DNA of 64,000 nucleotides, taken from positions 3,648,001 to 3,712,000 of the forward strand of contig CBDCJO010000002.1 in the NCBI GenBank assembly GCA_965217865.1, written 5' to 3'. Source of the DNA: Candidatus Latescibacterota bacterium (GTDB lineage: Bacteria; Latescibacterota; UBA2968; SICM01). The notes below the pieces were generated by a model that searched no databases, was not told the origin of the DNA, and was given only the letters and a program-made list of their open reading frames with translations. Position numbers and translations under genes: made by a program. This document shows, in pieces, positions 26,822-37,021 of this stretch. How positions within the stretch are numbered: position 1 is the stretch's first letter; the number at the start of each line of letters is the position of its first letter.

Positions 26822-27790
26822 TTAACTACACTTAATATAACTAAAAAGGGAAGAAAAGTCAAGCCTTAATCTGCTAATTGCGTTCTCTTTTTGAAACCAT
26901 CTGAAGTTCAGGATATCCTCGTATGAAAACTGTAACAATACGGCCATGAACAATAATCCGGGAAGGTACAACAATCCATCATTCTTCATCCAGGCGGCTC
27001 CGGCGGTTAGGATACCACCCAGAACCCACTCTCTCCTTAATAAAGCGGCAACTGCAGCCACTGAGAAGACCTCTACACCGATATCACCATATCCGGCCGC
27101 AGCATGCCAGACTTGAAGGGGAAGGGCGGAAACGATAAACCCAGATCCGGCAGCAAGCCAGCGGTTTTGAGAAAATCTCCAAACCGCCAACCAAACGATC
27201 GCCGCAATCGCAACAAAAAAAATGAGCCCATCGGCACGTGCGATGGTATCATTCCATTCTCCGTGGAAGTTGGCCGTTACCGCCCGCCATATGGGTATCC
27301 CAAGCGGATAACCCTTGTTCCCTGTGAAGCCTAAAAAAACACCGGATGCAGGATCGAATGACCAGTTGGCCTGAGCGAAGATGGATCGGGCGCGCCCCGC
27401 CCAGTGCGTGAACGCATCTCCAAAATACAAAGGGGTTTGTGTTAGTTTCCAAACGCAAAATGCCAATTTTTCAAATATGGAGATCAGTACCACCCATTCG
27501 AACCATTTCAATTTTCCCGGTCTTAATTTCGGTACTGAGATGCCCTTTTTTAGCCATACCATAATCGTTGGGATCATGATCCCGATCATCATCATGATCG
27601 TCGATATTTTCATCGGTATGCCGGCAAAACCTGCGACCCCGATCCAAAGCGTCTCCACGTAAATTCCGAGGAGTAAACATGCTGTCAAACTCTCCCCCCA
27701 GGTTCGGTTACCCGGGCAAAGCCTCAATACCGTCCAGCCTGTCCATATGTTCAGCGCGACATGGAAAAATAATGCAAAAAATGTGGTCAT
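26822..27790 (-). pseudogene. Polytopic membrane protein (GT-C/ArnT-like), C-terminus truncated by the transposon
   Basis: Many TMs, D...HW, GYPLG, GYGD, KNDGL; the last ~20 codons run into the TIR. Confidence 0.6.
26834..26862 (-). promoter_or_regulatory. Sigma70 promoter in right TIR driving the transposase
   Basis: TTGACT-N17-TATATT on the minus strand. Confidence 0.65.
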
Positions 27791-27851
27791 TTATTTTCCC
27801 CTCAGACCAGGAACCCGTGCCACGTTACCGTTGCCGCCCATGCTGTCTGCT

Positions 27852-28661
27852 TCATTCCACTTTAGATATGACCAGAACCCGATCTTCCTTTGTCACGATA
27901 AAATCAGCTTGTGAGTCAGACTTAAACGGGACATAACGGTGATCGGATAAATAATACTTGATTAGCATGTTGGTGGGCGACCCCAGTCCCCTATAGGTCC
28001 ACGATCCGGTATCAATCTGGTTTGACGCGGCCGTAGTCCCGTCTCTCACCTGTTCTATAAGATTCACGTGTCTGTTATCTTCGATGTTTTTCACAATCAT
28101 CAGGTGGTCGTACATGGATCTCAAATCCATCCCCACCCACGCGATCAAAAATCCCGCAAACAGGGAGATGACGACGTTTTTTTTACAGAGATACACGAGC
28201 ACTGAAGAAATCAGAAACAGAATGAACAAAAAAGACTTCCACCGCCATGCCATAAATGTGTAACCGTACAGGAGATTAACCGTACTCCCAAGCCATAGGT
28301 GGGGATAAAAAAAGATCTCAAATTCATCTGTCAGAGAGGGCACCTCCAATTCAATCACGATGTTCGGGAATTTCGTAATCCCGATGGCCTTCGCCGTGCC
28401 CCTCCAAACGGCCTGATCCCGAGTTTCATACCAGTGCTCCCCTTTTCTTGAAGAATATTCTCGCTTCCATTCCCTGCCGTCTTCTCCGACCCAAACGATT
28501 TTGAACGCTCGACCTTCGTGCGGCAGGTTTAACCTGACAACCTTTCCTTCAATAGGAATTGTTCCCTCAATTTTACTCTTGATTGGAGTCGCACACGCGG
28601 AAGGGATAGGGTACGTGCTAAAAAAAAGGACAAGTGTAAAAATAAGACCCGATCTTGTCAT
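27852..28661 (-). CDS. Hypothetical membrane protein
   Basis: 269-aa ORF with a signal peptide and two central TMs. Confidence 0.65.
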   Translation of the reverse strand: MTRSGLIFTLVLFFSTYPIPSACATPIKSKIEGTIPIEGKVVRLNLPHEGRAFKIVWVGEDGREWKREYSSRKGEHWYETRDQAVWRGTAKAIGITKFPNIVIELEVPSLTDEFEIFFYPHLWLGSTVNLLYGYTFMAWRWKSFLFILFLISSVLVYLCKKNVVISLFAGFLIAWVGMDLRSMYDHLMIVKNIEDNRHVNLIEQVRDGTTAASNQIDTGSWTYRGLGSPTNMLIKYYLSDHRYVPFKSDSQADFIVTKEDRVLVISKVE

Positions 28662-28754
28662 CCTCGAAGACCCCAGATAGTTGCGATGAGTGATGAGCCA
28701 ACCCGGCTTCGATTTTTCTGGAACGGGTTAAGACTTTGAGCTTACCCAGAAAAA

Positions 28755-30021
28755 TCAAAACAATCGAAAGATCAAAATAATCCAACCCAACGCGGAGAGG
28801 ATCGCGATGCCTGGAAGGGTCGCGCCCGGGAGCCATTCAAATAATAGTTCTGCGAGAGCGAGAAATCCCGATGTGACGCCTTTGGAGGCCCTATAGATGA
28901 AAGAGTCGATCACTTCCTTAGACCGGTAGCGGGCATCGAACGGCAGGGGAATATAAAGAATCTCCTTCCCAGCCCGGAATATCGAATAGTCGAGGGTTTT
29001 GAAGAGAAGATAGGCGCCGGCCCCTACGGTTAATGTGGGATGAACCAGGAGGATCGCCGCTGCGGCAATGTGGAGCACCGGAATCGCAAAGTGCACGAGC
29101 TTCATGGGAAGATAACATAAAGACAGCGGTGTTACCACGAATTGAAAAATAAATGCCGCGCCGTTGAGGAGTGCATAAAAGTTTCCGAGGTAAGCCGTTC
29201 TTGCATCCTTCACGGGTTCCGCTTCCTCTAAAAGGCCGCTGAAACGAAGGTCCAGGACAGTTGAAATCACCTGCGTGACGGCGATCAGGAGGGCGAGGAT
29301 GACCAGAGTGCGATGCTGTTTGAAAAGGTTCAGACCCACCAGGCTGCCGATCCCCTTTCGCTCTTTAGGGGTTGGCGCGGGTTCCCCGCCGAGGTTGTAA
29401 GCCAAACCGGACAGGATCCCTGCCGGGAGCAAAGATATAGCCGCGAATAGCAGCAGTTGTTCCGTGCCAAGCCATATCGCAAATTGTCCAACCACAAGCG
29501 CGCCGCAGATCGCGCCAATGGAGGCGATCCCGCAGATCGGTCCATTCCATCTTTTCGCCTGGTCGGAATCCAGGGTGCTGTCTATAAACGACCAGTACTG
29601 TTCGATCAAAATTACAATATAGGCCTCCCGGAGGACATAGAGCCCACCCAATGCCAGGTGGTTTCCCATCCGGATAGCCAGATAGCAGAAAAGGATGCCG
29701 AGTGCGGTAAATGCAGATGTGAGGAAGATCGTACGTTGCGCCCCGACCCGTGAGAGAAGCCATCCATAGCCATAGAGGAACACAAACGTTCCCACCGCCG
29801 AAAGGGCCATGACAATCGGCAATCTGTGCGCACCGAAAGTATCGATGTAAAGGGAGGTCGAAACACTTCGAACGAACGCGTACCCAAAAAGCAGGAAAAA
29901 GGCGGCTGCAGCCAGCGCGAGGACGGCCGGGATCGGGCGGGAGGACTTAAAATGGCCCGGGTTTTCCGGCGGTTGGGTGGTTCTCTGGTCTTCGTACAAG
30001 GTTCGGTGAGAGAATATCCTA
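28755..30021 (-). CDS. NTT/TLC (Npt1/Npt2-like) nucleotide transporter family MFS protein
   Basis: About 12 TMs, QYWSF, DYSIFRAGKEILYIP...RYRSKEVID...R..KG; start uncertain. Confidence 0.8.
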
Positions 30022-30049
30022 CTGGAAATCAGGTATGGCCATATATGAT

Positions 30050-30943
30050 TTAATCGACGGTGACCCGCTTGAGTCCCAGATCGGAAGCCTTCTTCCACAA
30101 GGCCTTTCTCCGATCGGGGGTCAGCGGAGTCCCGGGAGGCCGGGGGTCTCCACATTCGATACCCAGGCGTTCGCTGAGCAACACCTTAAGGGAGACCGGA
30201 AAGCCAAACTCCTGCACGATATCGTAAAGCTCAGCGCCCGTCTGTTGTGCAGCTTCCGCGCTCTTGATATCACCCGCCTGGTAGGCTTTCCAAAGCGTCA
30301 CCCAGATTTCAGGCGCAGTACACGGCGAACCGTCGATGCAACCCGCCGCCCCGAGTGTCAGGGCAGGAAGCATGAAGGAACTGTCCCCGGTGAAACACAA
30401 TAGGCCCATCTTGGTGAATCTTCTAATGTTGGGATAATTCCACGCGGAGTGCTTCAGACCGATTAACTGCGGAACACCCTCCTGGACTTTTTTCGCCAGG
30501 TCCGGCGTGATCTCCACTCCCGTAGCCTGGGGAAGATTGTAGAGAAAAAAAGGCAGGTCAGCCGCGCCGGCAACTGTCTTGAAATGTTCGACCATGGCCT
30601 CATCGGTCTGTCCATAGATAAAGGGTGACAGGCAGCAGAGAGCGTCCACACCGGCTCGGGCGGCGTTTTCGGCCATCCTTGCCGAGCGGACAGTGGTCGG
30701 CGAGCCCACGTGCATGATAATTTTCACCCGGCCTCGGGATTGATCGACCCCGATCTCAGCAATCCTCCGATTCTCCAGATCGTCAAGCAAAATGCTCTCC
30801 CCCGCCCCCCCCGCAAGCCACAAACCGTGCACCCCCGCTTTGATATTGAACTCCAGTACCTTCCGAAACGCACTTTCATTGAGTTTGTCATCCGGGGTCA
30901 TCGGCGTGATGATCGCCGGGATTAAACCTTTGAAATCAGCCAT
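30050..30943 (-). CDS. DHDPS/N-acetylneuraminate lyase family aldolase
   Basis: GLIPAIITP, G..GE, FLYNLPQATG, IGLKHS. Confidence 0.92.
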   Translation of the reverse strand: MADFKGLIPAIITPMTPDDKLNESAFRKVLEFNIKAGVHGLWLAGGAGESILLDDLENRRIAEIGVDQSRGRVKIIMHVGSPTTVRSARMAENAARAGVDALCCLSPFIYGQTDEAMVEHFKTVAGAADLPFFLYNLPQATGVEITPDLAKKVQEGVPQLIGLKHSAWNYPNIRRFTKMGLLCFTGDSSFMLPALTLGAAGCIDGSPCTAPEIWVTLWKAYQAGDIKSAEAAQQTGAELYDIVQEFGFPVSLKVLLSERLGIECGDPRPPGTPLTPDRRKALWKKASDLGLKRVTVD

Positions 30944-30968
30944 TACAATCCTTCTGTATCCTCAGGTC

Positions 30969-31577
30969 CTAAACCACCCGGGTACCGGTTTTGACTTTCC
31001 CAACCTCTGGCCTCCGACCACTGACCCCCGACCTCTTGGGCTGCGGGGTCGGGGGAATAATCACCAGTTCCCCCTCCACAGAGCCATCCTCTATCCGCAT
31101 GATGGCGAGCGATATCGGCAACTTAAACCGCCTGGGTCCCGCGCTGCCGGGGTTCAAAAAGAGAACGGCTCCCCGGTGCTGGATGGAAGGCCGATGAGAA
31201 TGTCCGCTGATCACGGCGTCAAAACCACTTGCGGCCGGGTCAAGATCGAGCTGATTCAGGTCGTGCAGGACATAAATAGAAGCATCGCCGATCTGAACCG
31301 TCTCGGTCTCCGGGAGCTCGCGCGCCCAATCATCCCTGTCTCGATTCCCCCGAATCGCCACAACCGGCCCCACCGTCCGAAGGTTTTCAAGGATATCCGG
31401 CCTTCCGATGTCCCCGGCGTGAATAATCAATTCAGATCCGTCGAGATACTTGACTGCTTCCGGCCGGAGAAGACCGTGAGTATCAGAGATGACGCCGACG
31501 ATATGGAGACTCGACTCACGTGGATCTCTGGACTTTTCCTGGACTTTTCCCGTTTGATCAACCGATTTCGGCGACAT
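30969..31577 (-). CDS. YfcE-like metallophosphoesterase
   Basis: ISDTHG, HAGDIG, RGNRD, GHSH, NPGSAGP. Confidence 0.93.
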   Translation of the reverse strand: MSPKSVDQTGKVQEKSRDPRESSLHIVGVISDTHGLLRPEAVKYLDGSELIIHAGDIGRPDILENLRTVGPVVAIRGNRDRDDWARELPETETVQIGDASIYVLHDLNQLDLDPAASGFDAVISGHSHRPSIQHRGAVLFLNPGSAGPRRFKLPISLAIMRIEDGSVEGELVIIPPTPQPKRSGVSGRRPEVGKVKTGTRVV

Positions 31578-31758
31578 TCAGTCAGGAACCCAAGGATCAA
31601 TGGTCTTCAAACCTTCTGCGAGCGACACATAAAATAGGAATAATCCCCCTTCCCTACAAGCGGAAATCCGGATCGGAGGTTCACGATCAACCAAATAAAA
31701 GGCCGGTTCTTCTCAAGAACCGGCATATGAAGCTCCCACGTTAGACCTTTTGAGCTTC

Positions 31759-32634
31759 TCAAACGTCCTTCGCCAGAATCTCGACCATCTCCGAAAGCGT
31801 CCTGTTTTTATCCACGGTCTCGGCGGTTTCATCCGCCAGAGAGGTTCCGCCCACAAATCGATAGATATCCGCAGCCCCCTCGTATATCTTCGGCGTCAAC
31901 CCGAGATCTTCGAACGTTTTGGCGATCTCCTCCATTTCCCCGATCCATCTGCGGGCCTTGCTCGGCATTCTTGGAAGCTCTTTCTCCATCGATGATAATC
32001 GATCGGCCTGGCTGAGCCTGAACTCCTCTGTCAGCACCTCATATAAACCCATTCGCCACGCCGAGACCAGAAGCTCTGTCGAAAGCGCGGCGATCCCCTT
32101 GGTCAGGGAGGCGTAAGTCATCTTGAGGCCCGAAGCCTGGCCGATCTCGGTCCCGATCACCCTGACATCGAGTCCGAAATCACAAAGCACCTCAAATTCT
32201 CGTGCATCTTTTCCCGACGCGTAGAACCGTGTTGTATCCTCCTGCTTTGGAGGCGGACCGATGATCCCCGCGTCAACAAATCGACCATCCGCTTCCCGAA
32301 TCGTCTTTCCCATTTTCCTGGCGGTTTCAGGGGCAATGGCATTGCAATCGACGTAAACAGTATGGTTCCCTGTGTGCTTTATGGCCTTAGCGATCGCAGC
32401 GGCCGCGTTCGGAGCCTGTGCGGGAACCAGAACCGAAAGAATCAGATCCGCATCGCGTACCAGTTCGCCGAGATTCGCAACCGATGCAATACCCGCTTTT
32501 TCCGCCAGTCCCCGGGTCCGTTCGCTTCGTCCCTCCAGGCAGGTGATAACCGACATCCCGTGATCTATCAGCCTTCGGCCGACCACGTGTCCCATGTCGC
32601 CCGGGCTCAATAATCCCACCTTTTGAAGCGCCAT
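31759..32634 (-). CDS. NAD(P)-dependent oxidoreductase (6PGDH-like, DUF1932)
   Basis: GLLSPGDMG, YVDCNAIAP, ASGLKMTYASLTKG, RWIGEMEEI. Confidence 0.9.
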   Translation of the reverse strand: MALQKVGLLSPGDMGHVVGRRLIDHGMSVITCLEGRSERTRGLAEKAGIASVANLGELVRDADLILSVLVPAQAPNAAAAIAKAIKHTGNHTVYVDCNAIAPETARKMGKTIREADGRFVDAGIIGPPPKQEDTTRFYASGKDAREFEVLCDFGLDVRVIGTEIGQASGLKMTYASLTKGIAALSTELLVSAWRMGLYEVLTEEFRLSQADRLSSMEKELPRMPSKARRWIGEMEEIAKTFEDLGLTPKIYEGAADIYRFVGGTSLADETAETVDKNRTLSEMVEILAKDV

Positions 32635-32700
32635 TAATTAGCTCCGTCCCCCGTGTCTCTTCCTGACTTTCCCCTCAATTCCGACCCCTGATCCGAACCT

Positions 32701-33387
32701 TCATTCCTGTGAAGATTTCAGCTCGCAGAGAACCTCCTCCGTTACCGAGACCCGGCCGAATGTCCTAGCGTGCATTAACATGGCTTCGTTATGGGCCCGC
32801 TGTGAAAGCGTGCCGCACGCATCTTCACAGATTAAGGAATTATAGCCGAGTTCCGCCGCTCCTCGGGCGGTGCTGAAAACACACATATCGGTCAATACAC
32901 CGGTCAAAACAACATCGGTGATGTTCATGTTTCTCAAGGCGTGATCAAGGATGGAAAACCAGAATGCACTCGCCGTCAATTTGTCGACCACCAGATCGTT
33001 TTCTTCGGGAAAAATCTCGTTGGCGATCTCGTAATCGGGCTTTCCTCGGTAGCGGTTCGGTGAGCCTTTTCTCCTGAGGCGGGCGGTCATCTCATCTCCG
33101 GACGGACTGATGTTTCCGTTCCGGGTGTAAAGAATTCTCATCTTGTTCTCGCGAAAAAATTCGATGAGACGTTTCGTGTTGGGGATGATCAGCTTTTCCA
33201 TCCTCTGATTCCAATATTGAACGATACCCGGATATTTCTTTCCCATCTCTGAATCGGGATCCTTCTTGAGGTCACCGGCTTGTAAATCAATAACCAAAAG
33301 GGCCGCGGCTTTCGCACGAAGGTTAAAGCGAGTCGCATAAAAATCGTAAGGCCATTCCGGATCATATTTTTCAGCTAACCAGCTCAC
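32701..33387 (-). CDS. Isochorismatase/cysteine hydrolase
   Basis: ALLVIDLQ, DK..SAF, GVLTDMCV.STAR. Confidence 0.9.
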   Translation of the reverse strand: MSWLAEKYDPEWPYDFYATRFNLRAKAAALLVIDLQAGDLKKDPDSEMGKKYPGIVQYWNQRMEKLIIPNTKRLIEFFRENKMRILYTRNGNISPSGDEMTARLRRKGSPNRYRGKPDYEIANEIFPEENDLVVDKLTASAFWFSILDHALRNMNITDVVLTGVLTDMCVFSTARGAAELGYNSLICEDACGTLSQRAHNEAMLMHARTFGRVSVTEEVLCELKSSQE

Positions 33388-33468
33388 ATCAGCTCCGAAG
33401 GGGTTATTGAGCGGATACCTTTGGGGGGTTCATTCCATTTTCCATTTTGAATTTTACATTTTTCATTT

Positions 33469-34065
33469 TCATGGCTCCCCCAGCGCCATATCCACGATGC
33501 GGCGCAAATCCCCTGGAAAATTCAGGCCTAGCGCGGCCTGATGTCCTTGTGGAGACATCTTTTTCCAGGTTTTCCGCAAGATATTGATCAGCTTCTCCTC
33601 GTCGTGCTGTTTGGCGAAATCGGAAAAATAATTTTCCAGAAAAACGAGGCAGATCACATCCTCCAGGAGCTGCACCTCCGGATCCCGCTTCAATCCCTCC
33701 TTTCGAAGAAGCGTCCTGACCCTCCCGATGGTGTCATCGTCATATCCCACGTCTTTCAAGATAGCGCCCGCCGTCTCCGCATGATATTTCGCGAGGTTTG
33801 TCCGCCAGCGTTTGTATCCCCGGCGATCCATGGGGTAATCGCTTCGGGGAATCGTCCATCGGCGAATGTGTTGGCACCTCGCCGCAAGTCTCAGGGATTC
33901 GGAAGCGTCGGGCACGAGCCTTTCAAGCCAAGCCGTCATTCTCCTGGCGTAGATGAGCTCTTTGGGGTATTCCACCCCCTCATAAACCTCCTTGTTGGGA
34001 TCCTCCGTATTGGCGGCATCGAATCGTTCAATCGCTTTTTCGAAGCGGACCGGATCGGAAATCAC
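33469..34065 (-). CDS. DUF4202 family protein
   Basis: DAAN.EDPN, PKELIY, QHIRRW.IPR..YPMDR.GY..WR, QLLEDVICLVFL. Confidence 0.88.
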   Translation of the reverse strand: MISDPVRFEKAIERFDAANTEDPNKEVYEGVEYPKELIYARRMTAWLERLVPDASESLRLAARCQHIRRWTIPRSDYPMDRRGYKRWRTNLAKYHAETAGAILKDVGYDDDTIGRVRTLLRKEGLKRDPEVQLLEDVICLVFLENYFSDFAKQHDEEKLINILRKTWKKMSPQGHQAALGLNFPGDLRRIVDMALGEP

Positions 34066-34142
34066 GGGAATCCCCAGCCTGTGTGTCGGAACCTGTATAG
34101 CGATTTAAGCCGCCCCCTGGTATGCACTGAGCACCACAGCCA

Positions 34143-35102
34143 TCAATTTTCGGGCGGTCCTTCCATCCGTCTGGGGGGAGTCTCCGGACCCGACGCAATC
34201 GAAAAAATGACGGACCTCTTCCGAAAATCTAATCCTTCGTCGGTGTCATGGAGTATTTCATCGGTCTTTCCAAGCACCTCTATTCGTGACTTCCAGGGAC
34301 AGAGGTGTCCTTCTCTGGCCAGATCGCCCAATGGATTCACGGTAAGCTTTATAATCGCTTTCTCACAAAAGGCACGAATCGTATACCAGATGCCCGGTTT
34401 CGGGGAAAACCAGGTGTGCCGGGTCGAACCGATGACACCGCTCTTGAACTTGATAACGGATATCGCTGTATCCTCCCCCTCCATCTCAATTCCACCCTTC
34501 GTGCCCACCATGGAAATGGTCTCCACCTCTCCTGCTATCCATAAGAGGACATCCAGCATGTGCGGGGAGGAGGAGAAGAAGACCCCGCCGCCCAGCGTCG
34601 CTTTTTTGGTCAACCATCCGGAAATATAGGCACTAAGATTCTCATCCATCATGGCATCGAGCATAAACAGTTTCCCGTAGTCCCCGCATTCGATCAGCTG
34701 TTTGAATTTCTGGGTGCTCTTTCTGTAACGATGAGGGTAGGCAACCATCAAAATCATGCCCTTTTCCTCCGCCTTCGCGATCATTTCGTCCGCTTCGGCG
34801 AGGTTGAGGGCAAACGGCTTTTCGAGAAAGACGTGGCAGTTCGCGTTCAGGGCATCCATCGTGATGGGATGGTGGAGGTGATGGGGCACCAGGATGAAGA
34901 CGCTATCGACGCGGTCCAGGCGCTCGCGGTAATCAGCAAGGACTTCAACATCCCCCAATAGCGACGCGATCTTATCTGCCCGGTCCACCTCAGGATCTGC
35001 AACCCACCTCACATCCACACGATCCAAAATCTGGGTCAAGGCTTCAACGTGAAAAGGCGCAACCCACCCGCAGCCGATGAATCCGATCCTGTGTCTTTTC
35101 AT
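34143..35102 (-). CDS. Gfo/Idh/MocA oxidoreductase, apparent frameshift near the C-terminus
   Basis: IGFIGCG, HVFLEKP, GGG...H.LD; the family-like tail (EEVRHFFDC...AY) lies in another frame after the T-run near 34225. Confidence 0.88.
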   Translation of the reverse strand: MKRHRIGFIGCGWVAPFHVEALTQILDRVDVRWVADPEVDRADKIASLLGDVEVLADYRERLDRVDSVFILVPHHLHHPITMDALNANCHVFLEKPFALNLAEADEMIAKAEEKGMILMVAYPHRYRKSTQKFKQLIECGDYGKLFMLDAMMDENLSAYISGWLTKKATLGGGVFFSSSPHMLDVLLWIAGEVETISMVGTKGGIEMEGEDTAISVIKFKSGVIGSTRHTWFSPKPGIWYTIRAFCEKAIIKLTVNPLGDLAREGHLCPWKSRIEVLGKTDEILHDTDEGLDFRKRSVIFSIASGPETPPRRMEGPPEN

Positions 35103-35124
35103 GGATTGGCTTTCCAGTAAACAA

Positions 35125-35914
35125 TCACGGTTGGATCCGGATGACGCCACCTTCAAAACGGTCCAGAATCGAATTATCGTGCACGGCCAACACCATGTCC
35201 GACTCCCTTTTATACCGCTTGATCACCTCCCGGCATAGGGAGGCGTTTTCGGCGATCCCGATCGGAATCTCTTTATCGATATTTTCCTTCAGAAAGGCGG
35301 TCTCCAGGATGGAAACCGTTCCTTCCGGTGTCTTGATCTTGACACCTGCTGATCCCGGATGATGCCCTCCCGTGGTTTCAAAGATAATACCCGGCAGGAC
35401 TTCTACGGGATCATCCACAAGATGCAGCTTTTTCAGGACAAGAAGCTTCCACAAAAAGCCCCCAGGTATCCTCGGTGAAATAAAGATCCCGCGGGGGATG
35501 CCCGGGGGTTTCAAGAAGGAATTCCGCAATCCCCTGTCTGGACAGATAGACCTCCGCCCGCGGGAAGTGCCGGGGCAACAGACATCCCGTGTGATACGTG
35601 ATCGTCTGCGTAATCAGGACAATGTCGATCTCACCGGGACTGACATCGGCTTCCTCTAAAATTTCTTCCAGAACGCGAATACGTGTCATCTTGGATCGTT
35701 CATCGAGCGACTGGCATCCCGACACTAATTTTTCGAAATTCACCTCGTCGGATGGAGGCCCCGTATCCACCAGAACGGTCTTTTCACCTTCTTTTACGAT
35801 CCAGATATAAAAGAACAGGGTGTGAAAGGTCGTATCGTTCCTTCCAAAAAAACATTCCCATCCCGGAACGGGCAGTTTTGCCACCGGGTAAGCGGTCACC
35901 TGGTAGGTGGACAT
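35125..35914 (-). pseudogene. MBL-fold (AHL-lactonase-like) hydrolase, frameshifted
   Basis: VLVDTG in 35411-35914 and TGGHHPGS...VHD in 35125-35529; the shift falls at the G/T runs near 35455-35464. Confidence 0.75.
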
Positions 35915-36030
35915 AAGGCCTCCCTAACGTATCTGCTTGATCTTGGCCACCGAAAAACCCCTTCCTGCTGAACCGAATTTCATCGTGGGTACTTTATCGA
36001 ATTGATAATCCCCTTTTTCCGAAGCGGATG

Positions 36031-36921
36031 TCAGTGACGATATTCACTCCCGATCAGGTTTCCCTGTGCGTGGACGGCCCGGAAAAGGGTTTGCCTCTTT
36101 GGGGGCATCTCTTCGACCAGTTCATCGGGGGGATTCCACTTGTGCCACTTGCTGTTGATCGTGTTGTAGCAACTGAATACCGCGACGCGATCGCGATCCT
36201 GGTTCTTCCACGGGGTGCCGCTATGCGTGAGGGCCTCGGTGAATAGAAGCAGGGACCCGGCCGGACATGAATAGGTTTTCCAGATCGGAGACCCGGGATC
36301 CCATACGGACTCAGGGGCGGGGTATACCGACTTATGACTTCCCGGGATAAGGAGGGTTCCGCCGTCACCTTGATCCACCGGGTTCAGTTCCCAAACCGTT
36401 CGCGTTAGACCGCTGTGGGCCTTTCCCGGGATACATCGGTAAAGATGCGAATCGCCGGGAAACCGCAGCATTCCATTGCCGTTGTGGGGCCTGAATTCCC
36501 CGTCTCCTGCAGATCGGAGCTGGAGGTTGCTGGACTCCATGCGAAAACCGTAGCAATCCTGACTGGCCAGGGCGGGATGCGCCACAAACTCATTCATAAA
36601 GCCCACAACCGCGGGATGATCGGTCAACTTCTGAAGCGGACCGCCGATCGTAGATCGATGATGTTCCGGAATCGAGCTCGGATCCCTCTTTAACCGGTAG
36701 CAAAATTCCCGCATCTCCTCGATCTCATCATCCGTCAGCACCCCCGGGATGACCAGCCAACCGTCTGTGTCAAAAACGTACTTCTGTTCGTGAGTGGGTT
36801 CGATGACCGGTTTGCCATCGGCGTTGGTCCGGGTCAGGTCCTCCATGGCCAGGTCCAACCGGGATCCTAAATTTTTATCCACAACAAAGGGTTCAGCCTG
36901 ATTCATCTGATCGACGACCAT
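36031..36921 (-). CDS. Phytanoyl-CoA dioxygenase (PhyH) family protein
   Basis: DGWLVIPGVL, GGTLLIPGSHK, AGS..F.EALTH, R. Confidence 0.88.
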   Translation of the reverse strand: MVVDQMNQAEPFVVDKNLGSRLDLAMEDLTRTNADGKPVIEPTHEQKYVFDTDGWLVIPGVLTDDEIEEMREFCYRLKRDPSSIPEHHRSTIGGPLQKLTDHPAVVGFMNEFVAHPALASQDCYGFRMESSNLQLRSAGDGEFRPHNGNGMLRFPGDSHLYRCIPGKAHSGLTRTVWELNPVDQGDGGTLLIPGSHKSVYPAPESVWDPGSPIWKTYSCPAGSLLLFTEALTHSGTPWKNQDRDRVAVFSCYNTINSKWHKWNPPDELVEEMPPKRQTLFRAVHAQGNLIGSEYRH

Positions 36922-37021
36922 AACTGGCTCCTGTTCCTTTCGAAATCGGTCTATAACCCGGGACTATACTTTGATGTTCCAGCCAACCATTTTCTAATAG
37001 CTTGCCGGGTTCCACAACAGG

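Larger units (their letters stand above)
22489..26882 (-). mobile_element. IS1595-family transposon with passenger genes
   Basis: Perfect 27-bp TIRs CGCAATTAGCAGATTAAGGCTTGACTT (22489-22515 and 26856-26882) enclose MTase, HNH, a peptide ORF, a 3-TM gene and the transposase; no TSD seen. Confidence 0.9.

Noticed and set aside
33541-34629. Long plus-strand ORF (362 aa) and similar ones such as 56006-57172(-), 24138-25109(-), 44909-45832(+) and 30792-31637(+)
   Set aside because: They are antisense shadows of well-supported genes and carry no recognisable motifs.
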